From an uncultured Alphaproteobacteria bacterium (GTDB lineage: Bacteria > Pseudomonadota > Alphaproteobacteria > Rs-D84): a stretch of DNA of 64,000 bases. Below the pieces are notes generated by a model. The model searched no databases and had not been told where the DNA came from. It worked only from the letters and a program-made list of their open reading frames with translations. The position numbers and the translations under genes are program-made. The DNA lies in NCBI GenBank assembly GCA_944392815.1, contig CALXXY010000002.1, positions 64,001 through 128,000 of the forward strand, given 5' to 3'. How positions within the stretch are numbered: the first letter of the stretch is position 1; each line of letters begins with the position of its first letter. This document shows, piece by piece, positions 1-8,637 of the stretch.

Positions 1-1
1 G

Positions 2-427
2 GGCGGCGTTATGGATCACATAGGCGACAAATTATTGGTGGTAAACGCATTAATCATGTTGGCCATCATGACACCAGTATGGTTCATTTTCGTTCCAATC
101 ATAATAATGGTTGCCCGTGAACTGTACATCAGTGGCCTGCGCGAATTTCTGGGCACACAAAAAATCGAAATGGCCGTACCAAAGCCCCGCTTTTCCATGG
201 GAAAAATTAAAACAACTTTGCAAATGGTCGCCATCTCGGCATTATTGTTGTTATTTGCATTATCCACAATCATGACAACAACCGACAGCCGTTTTGTCAT
301 GTGGTTAATCACAATATTGCCATACATCGGCATGTGGGGTCTGTGGTTGGCATTGGTTGCGTCCCTGTGGTCGGCAACCCAATACACATTTACATTCGCC
401 CAAAAATTAAAACAGATAAAAAAATAA
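2..427 (+). CDS. pgsA: CDP-diacylglycerol--glycerol-3-phosphate 3-phosphatidyltransferase (5'-truncated by window edge)
   Basis: G-x3-D-x3-DK end of the CDP-alcohol phosphotransferase motif (GGVMDHIGDK), RELxISGLRE, GKIKTxLQM; hydrophobic helices. Confidence 0.9.
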   Translation, partial: GGVMDHIGDKLLVVNALIMLAIMTPVWFIFVPIIIMVARELYISGLREFLGTQKIEMAVPKPRFSMGKIKTTLQMVAISALLLLFALSTIMTTTDSRFVMWLITILPYIGMWGLWLALVASLWSATQYTFTFAQKLKQIKK

Positions 428-433
428 CAAATC

Positions 434-461
434 AAAATCCCGCCACCGGCGGGATTTTTTT
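434..461. terminator. Bidirectional intrinsic terminator between convergent pgsA and dnaJ
   Basis: AAAATCCCGCC-acc-GGCGGGATTTTTTT. Confidence 0.8.
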
Positions 462-468
462 GCACAAA

Positions 469-510
469 AAAACGCGCTATGTGCATGAAATACTGCACAC
501 AGCGCGTTTT
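469..510. repeat. Palindromic element, prototype copy of a dispersed family
   Basis: AAAACGCGCT-ATGTGCA-tgaaatac-TGCACAC-AGCGCGTTTT; 11-16 nt exact matches elsewhere (20403, 22249, 26517, 51781). Confidence 0.75.
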
Positions 511-520
511 GTGTTGTATA

Positions 521-1651
521 TTAAAACCAGCCCTTCTTTGCGCTTTTTGTGGCGGCAAATTCGGTCAAAATTTTCTTTTGCTTTTCGGTTAATTTGGTTG
601 GCACGGGCATATTAATTTCTATATACAAATCCCCAAACGTGCCCGCACGACGCCCGGGCATTCCATGCCCACGCACGCGCAATTTTTCACCAATTTGGGT
701 ACCGGCCGGAACCTTGACCGACAATTTTTTATCGTCAATGGTGTCAACCTCTATTTCACCACCCAATGCCAATGTAGTAAACGGAATATCAACACGGGTT
801 ATTAAATCCGCCCCATCACGCACAAATCGATTATCTGGACGAATATGAATATCCAGATAAAAATCCCCAGCCGGCGCGCCGTTTTGTCCGGCCTCGCCCT
901 GGCCCGCCAAACGCAGCCGGGCACCATCTTCGACCCCGGCCGGGATTTTCACGTCCAACGTGCGCGTTTTACGTAATACCCCCGCCCCATCACATTGGGT
1001 GCATTTTTTATCAATCTTGTGCCCTGTGCCATTACATTCAGGACACGGCGTTTCCATCGCAAAAAATCCGCGCGACGCACGCACATATCCCGTACCATGA
1101 CACCGCGAACACGTGGGGGCCTGTTTGCCATCGGCCGTGCCATATCCATGACATTTGTCGCATTCAACATTTGTTGTAAATTTCACAGTATGTGTGGTGC
1201 CAAAAAATGCGTCACGTAAATCTATGACAACTTCGTCCAATAAATCGCGCCCGCGACGCGACGCGTCACCACGCGCACCGCCGCCCCCCATATCAAAACC
1301 GAAACCACGCATGGCCTCGCGCAGGATATCGTCCATACCGGCGCCACCGCCCATATTAAAATGGAACGCCCCATTGCCAAACGGATTGCCGCCCGCCCCA
1401 AACGGATTCGCGCCCGACGCATTGCCCCCCGCGAACGCCGCGTCACCAAATCTGTCATACGCAGCACGTTTCTGTGGATCTTTCAGAATATCAAATGCGT
1501 TGTTAATTTCCTTGAACTTTTCTTCGGCCGCTTTGTCGCCAGGATTTCTGTCTGGGTGATATTTCATAACCAATTTATGGTATGCCTTTTTAATTTCATC
1601 ATCAGACGCATTGCGTGCAACGCCCAAAACTTCGTACGGATTTTTATTCAT
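521..1651 (-). CDS. dnaJ: Chaperone DnaJ
   Basis: J domain with HPD, G/F-rich region, four CxxCxGxG repeats. Confidence 0.97.
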   Translation of the reverse strand: MNKNPYEVLGVARNASDDEIKKAYHKLVMKYHPDRNPGDKAAEEKFKEINNAFDILKDPQKRAAYDRFGDAAFAGGNASGANPFGAGGNPFGNGAFHFNMGGGAGMDDILREAMRGFGFDMGGGGARGDASRRGRDLLDEVVIDLRDAFFGTTHTVKFTTNVECDKCHGYGTADGKQAPTCSRCHGTGYVRASRGFFAMETPCPECNGTGHKIDKKCTQCDGAGVLRKTRTLDVKIPAGVEDGARLRLAGQGEAGQNGAPAGDFYLDIHIRPDNRFVRDGADLITRVDIPFTTLALGGEIEVDTIDDKKLSVKVPAGTQIGEKLRVRGHGMPGRRAGTFGDLYIEINMPVPTKLTEKQKKILTEFAATKSAKKGWF

Positions 1652-1798
1652 TTTTCATCTGTCCCAATTTTATCTGTCCCCAAAAATATAAGTATATTTA
1701 TATAAAAATGCAAGTCCCCACACCCAGCATATTTTCTGGCCCGGCATAAAATTCTTTCACTTGCAAGAATTCTGAAAATGTACTAATAATATTGTGCT

Positions 1799-3778
1799 AT
1801 GACAGAACAAAACACACATACATACGACGCGTCAGATATCCAGGTACTCGAGGGCCTGGAACCGGTCCGCCTGCGCCCCGGCATGTATATCGGCGGCACA
1901 GATGAAAAGGCCTGGCACCATTTACCAATCGAAATTCTGGACAACTCGATTGACGAGGCCGTCGCCGGCTTTGCCAAAAAAATCACAGTAAATTTAATTG
2001 ACGCAAAAACAATTGAAATCACAGACGACGGTCGTGGTATTCCGGTTGACGAACATCCAAAATTTCCCGGTAAATCCGCGCTAGAGGTAATTTTAACCAC
2101 CCTGCATTCGGGCGGAAAATTCAATAATAATGTGTATAAAACCAGTGGTGGTCTGCATGGCGTCGGCAGTTCTGTTGTAAACGCGCTGTCATCTGAAATG
2201 ATTGTCACAATTTCGCGCGACGGATATGAATGGCGTCAAACATTTTCACGTGGCAAACCCACCAGCAAAATGACCCAGGGTAATCCGACAAAAAACCACG
2301 GCACTAAAATCAGATTTACAATTGACGACGAAATATTCGGCGCAAACGCGGTATTTAAACCGATAAAAATTTATCGCATGGCGCGCGCAAAATCATTCTT
2401 GTCGCGCGGGGTGCGTGTCGATTGGATTTGCAATCCCGATTTATTGACCGAGGATATGAATATCCCCACCCAAACAGAATTTTATTATCCAAACGGCGTC
2501 GCAGATTTTCTGGACGAAAAAACACGGGACAAACCGCGCATTTTGCCAAAAATTTTCAGTGGAACTGTGGATTTTCCCGACGATTCAGGCCGCGTTGAAT
2601 GGGCATTAACATTTTTGACGGACGAAAACGGTGCGGCGTCCGACGACGGATTTTTTGCATCATACTGCAACACCATCGCAACAATTGACGGCGGCACCCA
2701 CGAAACGGGATTTAAATCTGCCATCACCCGCGGGATAAAGGCCTATGGGGACAAGGTTAACAACAAATCCGCCACGTCCATAATCAGCGACGACGTTTTT
2801 GATTCTGTTGCGGCCATAGTATCGGTATTTTACAAAACGCCGCAATTCCTGGGCCAGACCAAGGAAAAATTATCCAACCCAGAAATTGCCCGCTTTACAG
2901 AAAACGCACTGCGTGACCCATGGGAAATATTCCTGGCGTCTGACCCAAAAACCGCAAATGCAATATTGGATTTTGTGGTAAACCTGGCAAACGCCCGCAT
3001 CAAAACCAAACAGGTCAAAGAAATCGCCCGAAAAACCCCAACTAAACGCATTCGTATGCCGGCAAAATTGGCGGACTGTTCCAAACATGGCGTTGACGGC
3101 ACAGAATTATTTATAGTCGAGGGCGAATCCGCCGGCGGCACCGCAAAACAGGCACGCGACCGCGCGACCCAGGCAATCATGCCCCTGCGCGGCAAGGTGT
3201 TAAATGTTATTTCCAATTCCGACGAACGTTTCAGCGCGAACAAGGAATTAAATGAATTAATCGACATAATTGGTGCCGGCACCGCGCGCGATTGGGACGA
3301 ATCTAAATTACGCTATGAAAAAATCATCGTTATGACCGATGCCGACGTCGACGGCAGTCATATCGCATCGCTGCTGATGGCATTTTTCTATCAGGTTATG
3401 CCCCAGTTAATTTATGGTGGTCACCTGTATTTATCGTGCCCCCCGCTGTATAAATTAACATGCGGCACCGAATCGATATACGTCGACACAGACGAAGAAT
3501 TGGAAAATTTAAAAAACACTAAATATAAAAATAAAAAAATCGAAATTTCCCGATTCAAAGGATTGGGTGAAATGATGCCCAATCAGTTAAAGGAAACAAC
3601 CATGTCCCCCAAAACGCGGCGTCTGATACGCGTTGATTTGCCGCCACGCACAGATGACGGTGCCGAAGATACGGAAAAAACCCGCACCATCGTGTCTGAA
3701 TTAATGGGCAAAAAACCGGAATTTCGATTTAAATTTATCACGGAACACGCCCAGTTTGTCAAAGATTTGTTTGTATAA
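1799..3778 (+). CDS. parE: DNA topoisomerase IV subunit B
   Basis: GHKL ATPase (RPGMYIG, LHSGGKF), TOPRIM (VEGESAGG, PLRGK, TDADVDG), RFKGLGEM; 659 aa without the long GyrB insertion. Confidence 0.88.
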   Translation: MTEQNTHTYDASDIQVLEGLEPVRLRPGMYIGGTDEKAWHHLPIEILDNSIDEAVAGFAKKITVNLIDAKTIEITDDGRGIPVDEHPKFPGKSALEVILTTLHSGGKFNNNVYKTSGGLHGVGSSVVNALSSEMIVTISRDGYEWRQTFSRGKPTSKMTQGNPTKNHGTKIRFTIDDEIFGANAVFKPIKIYRMARAKSFLSRGVRVDWICNPDLLTEDMNIPTQTEFYYPNGVADFLDEKTRDKPRILPKIFSGTVDFPDDSGRVEWALTFLTDENGAASDDGFFASYCNTIATIDGGTHETGFKSAITRGIKAYGDKVNNKSATSIISDDVFDSVAAIVSVFYKTPQFLGQTKEKLSNPEIARFTENALRDPWEIFLASDPKTANAILDFVVNLANARIKTKQVKEIARKTPTKRIRMPAKLADCSKHGVDGTELFIVEGESAGGTAKQARDRATQAIMPLRGKVLNVISNSDERFSANKELNELIDIIGAGTARDWDESKLRYEKIIVMTDADVDGSHIASLLMAFFYQVMPQLIYGGHLYLSCPPLYKLTCGTESIYVDTDEELENLKNTKYKNKKIEISRFKGLGEMMPNQLKETTMSPKTRRLIRVDLPPRTDDGAEDTEKTRTIVSELMGKKPEFRFKFITEHAQFVKDLFV

Positions 3779-3783
3779 CCCCC

Positions 3784-3810
3784 GAAATGCCCACATGGGC
3801 ATTTCATTTT
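3784..3810 (+). terminator. Intrinsic terminator after parE
   Basis: GAAATGCCC-acat-GGGCATTTC followed by ATTTT. Confidence 0.7.
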
Positions 3811-3821
3811 GTCTGCTTCCC

Positions 3822-3849
3822 TTGACAATTTACAATTCTGTACTATAAC
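3822..3849 (+). promoter_or_regulatory. Sigma70-type promoter
   Basis: TTGACA-16 nt-TATAAC upstream of an AAGGA RBS and the ATG at 3872. Confidence 0.6.
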
Positions 3850-3871
3850 TACAAAAAACAAAGGAACACAT

Positions 3872-4372
3872 ATGTTATTCAAAAAAAATCAGACCGCTGC
3901 GGCGAAAACACAATCAACCCCGACACGCCCCAGCAAAAAATTAAAAAACACATATATAATCAAACAAACTGCATTTATGAACCCACTGTTGTTTGAACAT
4001 TGCGAAACAACCCCACTGGGCGTAATTGAAAAAAACGGTGAAAAAATGCTGCGCGATAATGGTTGGGGCAAATGCGAACAATTTGTAAACCCCGGCCCCG
4101 CCACAATGTATGCCCGCTATCATTACTACATGGACATAATGACAGACACCGAAAAACGCCTGGCATCGACCATAGTTGAATATCTGGACAAAGAAACCCG
4201 CACCCCGGTCGCATATATGTATCCAAACGGCGACCTGGTCACAAACAAATACGACAATTTGCCGGATTTAATGGCGCGTCTGAATCATGCCACACGCCGC
4301 GACATGACCCAACAAAGCAAAAAACGTACTGAAATGTGGGCGGCAATTATATCGCGCCAAAACCAGAAATAA
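3872..4372 (+). CDS. Hypothetical protein (166 aa)
   Basis: Own promoter, RBS and terminator; start moved to ATG 3872; no family recognised. Confidence 0.75.
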   Translation: MLFKKNQTAAAKTQSTPTRPSKKLKNTYIIKQTAFMNPLLFEHCETTPLGVIEKNGEKMLRDNGWGKCEQFVNPGPATMYARYHYYMDIMTDTEKRLASTIVEYLDKETRTPVAYMYPNGDLVTNKYDNLPDLMARLNHATRRDMTQQSKKRTEMWAAIISRQNQK

Positions 4373-4373
4373 C

Positions 4374-4401
4374 AAACACCGGGCTTTCGCCCGGTGTTTT
4401 T
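4374..4401. terminator. Bidirectional intrinsic terminator
   Basis: AAACACCGGGC-tttc-GCCCGGTGTTTTT. Confidence 0.85.
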
Positions 4402-4418
4402 GTTTTCCCCATCTAGTT

Positions 4419-5786
4419 TTATTGGATACCGACGCGGAACTCGTCGCCCCAGCCGGCAACCACCTGGCCACCAACGGTGCATTGTAAATCTTCGAACCCG
4501 TCTTCGACCTGGTTCTTTTTCACCACATTACTTGTTATCAATCCACCTGCTGTCCCCAGCACCACCCCGGCAATGGAATCAGACAACAAACGTGATGTAT
4601 TAAACTTGCCCTCGTCATTGCGCCACACGGTCAACCGTAATCCAGAACGGATATTTTCCAACGTTGCCGCGGCACTTTCTATACGACTGCGGGACGCAGA
4701 TTGACTGGCCGCCAATGTTTGCTGATCAATCAACACATTCACCTGGTTAAACATGTTGTTAAACACCACCCGTACAGGATCGCCCGCACAATACGTAAAT
4801 ATCTGATTTATTTGCGCGACAACCTCTGCATTATTGGCATATTGCACAAACAACTGTTGCAAAACCTCTATCTGGTGTTCATCGCATTCGTAATCCTCTT
4901 CTGGCGGCTGCACAACATTTTGTACCTCGCACTGTAATGTGGACGGGTTAAATTTCTTGGATTTATCCACACATTCACACATACGTGTGCCACTGTTCCA
5001 CACAGCAACCGACGCAGGCACATAACAACACGTAATACACTGGCTGTATGTATTACCAGTCAACCCGCCACAGCGTCGCTGCACACACGACTGTGTTGCA
5101 CCCGGCGTCACTGATTCACCACCATTATTTTTACCTGTATCATCCCCCGTATCACCTTCTTCTGGGGCAGCATTTTCCACACACTCCTGACTTGCAGAAT
5201 CGTATGTATATCCATCATCTACACAAGAAATCATCAAACACGCATCGCCACTATACGCATTCACACCATCGTAAACAGGTTTATCCGTCGTTGCATGGAT
5301 TTCAACTTTAGTATTTTTTGCACTTTTATTTTGTATATCACTGTCTGTACATGGCAACAAATCTATCTGTTCCCAGCTGTCCACAAACAATTGTGTTCTG
5401 CATCTGAAAACATCAGATCCATTTGATACAATTATACCATTCGAACATTCATAATTTTCGCCCATTTGATAAGTATCACATTCCAAACATGTACCATCTT
5501 CGAAATATAAATATTCATTAGCAGAATAATTTTTTGCAATTTTTCCACCTAAATTTTGTCCTATGATATAACCGCCAACACCCCCCATGATATATCCAGG
5601 CACCCCGAGCGCCAATCCTAAATGCGTTCCCGCTAATCCACCACCCAATGCCGCAAACGTAGTCAATGACGTACGAGCACCACAACGCGTCGTCGCATAA
5701 CATGACTGCGGAAATGGTTGCGCCGCAAAAACCATTTCAGGCAAAACAATCATTGACAATAAACACGCAAATAAAAACTTTTTCAT
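4419..5786 (-). CDS. Secreted Cys-rich protein with N- and C-terminal glycine-zipper segments
   Basis: ATG 5786 with GGAGG RBS; Sec signal MKKFLFACLL...VFA; many paired Cys; C-terminal SRLLSDSIAGVVLGTAGGLITS...LQCTVGG. Confidence 0.8.
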   Translation of the reverse strand: MKKFLFACLLSMIVLPEMVFAAQPFPQSCYATTRCGARTSLTTFAALGGGLAGTHLGLALGVPGYIMGGVGGYIIGQNLGGKIAKNYSANEYLYFEDGTCLECDTYQMGENYECSNGIIVSNGSDVFRCRTQLFVDSWEQIDLLPCTDSDIQNKSAKNTKVEIHATTDKPVYDGVNAYSGDACLMISCVDDGYTYDSASQECVENAAPEEGDTGDDTGKNNGGESVTPGATQSCVQRRCGGLTGNTYSQCITCCYVPASVAVWNSGTRMCECVDKSKKFNPSTLQCEVQNVVQPPEEDYECDEHQIEVLQQLFVQYANNAEVVAQINQIFTYCAGDPVRVVFNNMFNQVNVLIDQQTLAASQSASRSRIESAAATLENIRSGLRLTVWRNDEGKFNTSRLLSDSIAGVVLGTAGGLITSNVVKKNQVEDGFEDLQCTVGGQVVAGWGDEFRVGIQ

Positions 5787-5901
5787 AATATTTCCCTCCT
5801 GCATATGGGAAATGTCCCACATAATCATTATGATAATTTTACCACAAAATTCGCGTATTTCCAACAGCGAAATTCCACCGCCACAAAATTATCATGCTTA
5901 A

Positions 5902-7188
5902 TTATTTGCAATCGGCAACCAATTGATTAATTTGCGCAGCCAAAACCAAATCTGTTTTTTGTAATTTTTCAATTTGCGAAATCGCATACACAACTGTGGC
6001 ATGGTCACGATCGCCACACACACACCCTATTTCAGTCAACGACATATTTGTCGCATTTTTCAAAACCACCATCATAATCTGACGCGCCAACACCAGCGCA
6101 CGGCTGCGACCACGGCCACACACAGCATCATACGACACGCCCAATTTTTCACACATATGACGGACCATCGCAATTGGTGTTTTTGATTTTTGCAATGTAT
6201 CGGCCAACAAACGTGTTGCAACGTCCATTGTCACGGTTTCACCCATTAATTCAGAATATGTTTTTATTTTCATTGCAACGCCGGCCACCAAATGCCCATC
6301 ACCCGCAATACGTGCCGCAATCGCGTCCGCCATTTCACCGGCAACACCCGCACGCATTAACATAACGCGTTTCACATGATTGTTCGGCGCAACAACATCA
6401 GCCACCAACCCAGACGCCAACAAAGATTGCACACGACGATCAAATCCTGTCAAATTACCCGGCGCAGCATTCGCAGTCAGCACAACATTTTTCCCCGCCA
6501 CACGCAAATCCATCACCAATTGTGCAAATTCTTCGCATGTGGCGCGTTTGCCGGACAACTGCTGAACATCGTCCAAAATAAATGTATCGCAATTACGGCA
6601 AAAATCTTTGAATGCGAAAACAGTTCTGTCATGCAAACTGCGCGCGAATTCAGAAACGAATTGCCCACCAGACATTTTAACCACACGCCCGGCTGTGGCA
6701 TTTTCAATGCAATCTGCCAACAAAGTTTTCCCGCAACCCGCCGGCCCATAAATAAACAGCGGGGAAAAAGATACCACGCCCGCCGCTATTTTTTTACACG
6801 CAGATAAAACGAATGAATTTTCATCACAACAAACGAACGAATCGAACGCGTGCACGTCTGTGGTTGACGCAGTTGCACCCGCCGGGCTGTATGATTGCAA
6901 CGCATTGTCGTTTGCAACCGGCGCCGGTGCCACCGCCGCGCCGCGCACAGCAATTTCCAAACCCAAACCGAACTGGGCCGCAACGTCCATCAAAACTTTT
7001 TTATGTACAGAACCGATAAAGTCAGCAGAAAATTGATTTTGCGCAGTCAGCACCAACACATTATCACAAACATCAAATTGCAGCGGTGAAATCCAGGCAG
7101 TAAATGTTGCAGAATCCATTTTCGCGGCGATTGCCCCCCGGATTTGGTCCAAGTTTGTCATTGTTTTCATCGCCGCTGTCTGCATCAT
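5902..7188 (-). CDS. dnaA: Chromosomal replication initiator DnaA (divergent)
   Basis: Domain I (FTAWISPL), PLFIYGPAGCGKT Walker A, ILDDVQ Walker B, domain IV ARQIMM...SLTEIG...RDHATVVYA; AGGAGG RBS before ATG 7188. Confidence 0.88.
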   Translation of the reverse strand: MMQTAAMKTMTNLDQIRGAIAAKMDSATFTAWISPLQFDVCDNVLVLTAQNQFSADFIGSVHKKVLMDVAAQFGLGLEIAVRGAAVAPAPVANDNALQSYSPAGATASTTDVHAFDSFVCCDENSFVLSACKKIAAGVVSFSPLFIYGPAGCGKTLLADCIENATAGRVVKMSGGQFVSEFARSLHDRTVFAFKDFCRNCDTFILDDVQQLSGKRATCEEFAQLVMDLRVAGKNVVLTANAAPGNLTGFDRRVQSLLASGLVADVVAPNNHVKRVMLMRAGVAGEMADAIAARIAGDGHLVAGVAMKIKTYSELMGETVTMDVATRLLADTLQKSKTPIAMVRHMCEKLGVSYDAVCGRGRSRALVLARQIMMVVLKNATNMSLTEIGCVCGDRDHATVVYAISQIEKLQKTDLVLAAQINQLVADCK

Positions 7189-7347
7189 ATTGTTCCTCCT
7201 TTCCTTCCCTTCAAAGAGTTCCGTCAAATGCGTCAGAGTATAAAAATCACCTGCACATAAACGCTAAATTTTACTTCGGCATGCACCTATCATAAAAATT
7301 TAGTGTTTATGTTAGTCCTACTTTTAAACCCCTCTCGCTTTCTTGGT

Positions 7348-7366
7348 GATTGATGTGACATCAATC
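7348..7366. promoter_or_regulatory. Perfect dyad upstream of dnaA, candidate operator
   Basis: GATTGATGT-G-ACATCAATC. Confidence 0.45.
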
Positions 7367-7482
7367 GTTTTGGATACGTCAAATAAGTTAAATGATAATT
7401 TCCTGTTTGCAATCAATTCTTGGTCAAATTCAAAACATTTATTTTTTGACAACGATTCGTTTTTTTCCCTGTTTTCCGCGCT

Positions 7483-7505
7483 TTGTATATACAATGTATA
7501 TACAT
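7483..7505. promoter_or_regulatory. Two abutting 12-bp palindromes, candidate operator
   Basis: TTGTATATACAA (7483-7494) and ATGTATATACAT (7494-7505). Confidence 0.4.
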
Positions 7506-7513
7506 CTATTTTT

Positions 7514-8542
7514 TTATGCGCGCACATAACCGCCGTCAACTTTGCGCACTAAACCCCGCAATTCCAGCACAACCAATTCTGCTTTTATTTCCGAAACAGA
7601 TTTTTTGACAATTTCTGACAATACAGATTCAGACACAGGAATTATTCCCAACGCGTCCAAAACAGAATTTTCAGATGTTAAATTTTTTTCATTTTTTTGT
7701 AATTTTGATGAATTTTTTTCTGTGCTGAAAAAATCTGTAATGCCACAACACAATTTTGCAGCCCCAGTTTTTATCAACGAATTCGGCCCAGCCGCCCGGG
7801 AATCCAACGGGTGCGACGGAATCGCCCAAATTTCGCGCCCCGATTCGATTGCGAATCGGGCGGTTGTCATACTGCCAGATTTTAAATCGGCCTCGCCCAA
7901 TATCAATTTGTTGGCGATTCCGGCAATCCATCTGTTCCGTATAACAAAATGTTGCGCCAATGGCGCGGCACCCACAGGCATTTCGCTGACCACGGCCCCG
8001 CGCGCCACAATTTCCCAATACAGCGATTCGTTTTCGACCGGCCATATATTATCCACCCCGCCCGCCAATACGGCGATTGTCTGGGCGTCACCCGCCGCAC
8101 GCAATGCCCCCCGATGTGCCGCAGTATCAGTTCCCATCGCCATACCAGATACAACCGCCACACCATGCGCGGCAAATCCATTTCCCAATTCAGACGCGAT
8201 TCGTATTCCAGCCGCGGTCGCATGACGTGTCCCCACTATTCCAACCGTTGGCCGCGATAATACGTCAACATTTCCACGCACACTTAACACAGGCGGGTGA
8301 TTTTTTATTTCCCGCAGCGCCGCGGGATATTGTTCCATATCATCACATATATAATATATACCCAACCTTTGGGCGGTATCCATTTCACGCATAACCGAAT
8401 CGCGAATCGCCACGTTTGATTGCAACGTTTCTGCAGCCGCCGCCACCCCACCAAATTTTTGAATTAAATCATTATATTTCGACGGTCCAATCCCAGGCGT
8501 GCGTAAAATCAACAACCGATTAAATAAATCTTCTGTATTCAT
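7514..8542 (-). CDS. dprA: DNA-processing protein DprA
   Basis: YPxxLREI..PPVL, VGTR, SGMAMGTDTAAHRGAL, RNRWIAG, KSGSMTTA, C-terminal winged helix. Confidence 0.95.
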   Translation of the reverse strand: MNTEDLFNRLLILRTPGIGPSKYNDLIQKFGGVAAAAETLQSNVAIRDSVMREMDTAQRLGIYYICDDMEQYPAALREIKNHPPVLSVRGNVDVLSRPTVGIVGTRHATAAGIRIASELGNGFAAHGVAVVSGMAMGTDTAAHRGALRAAGDAQTIAVLAGGVDNIWPVENESLYWEIVARGAVVSEMPVGAAPLAQHFVIRNRWIAGIANKLILGEADLKSGSMTTARFAIESGREIWAIPSHPLDSRAAGPNSLIKTGAAKLCCGITDFFSTEKNSSKLQKNEKNLTSENSVLDALGIIPVSESVLSEIVKKSVSEIKAELVVLELRGLVRKVDGGYVRA

Positions 8543-8591
8543 GGCAACACTATAAAAAATTACCCATATATATTAAAAGTACTATTTTAAT

Positions 8592-8618
8592 AAAAAATCC
8601 CGCGATGTGTCGCGGGAT
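8592..8618 (-). terminator. Intrinsic terminator
   Basis: ATCCCGCGA-tgtg-TCGCGGGAT, with a T-tract on the minus strand. Confidence 0.75.
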
Positions 8619-8637
8619 AAATCTCATTCGCACAATT

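Noticed and set aside
7189-7513. oriC next to dnaA
   Set aside because: No TTATCCACA-like box cluster seen, and the C/A-rich plus-strand bias appears unchanged on both sides.
7324-7552. Small ORFs in the dprA-dnaA gap
   Set aside because: Overlap the dprA end, lack an RBS and show no recognisable features.
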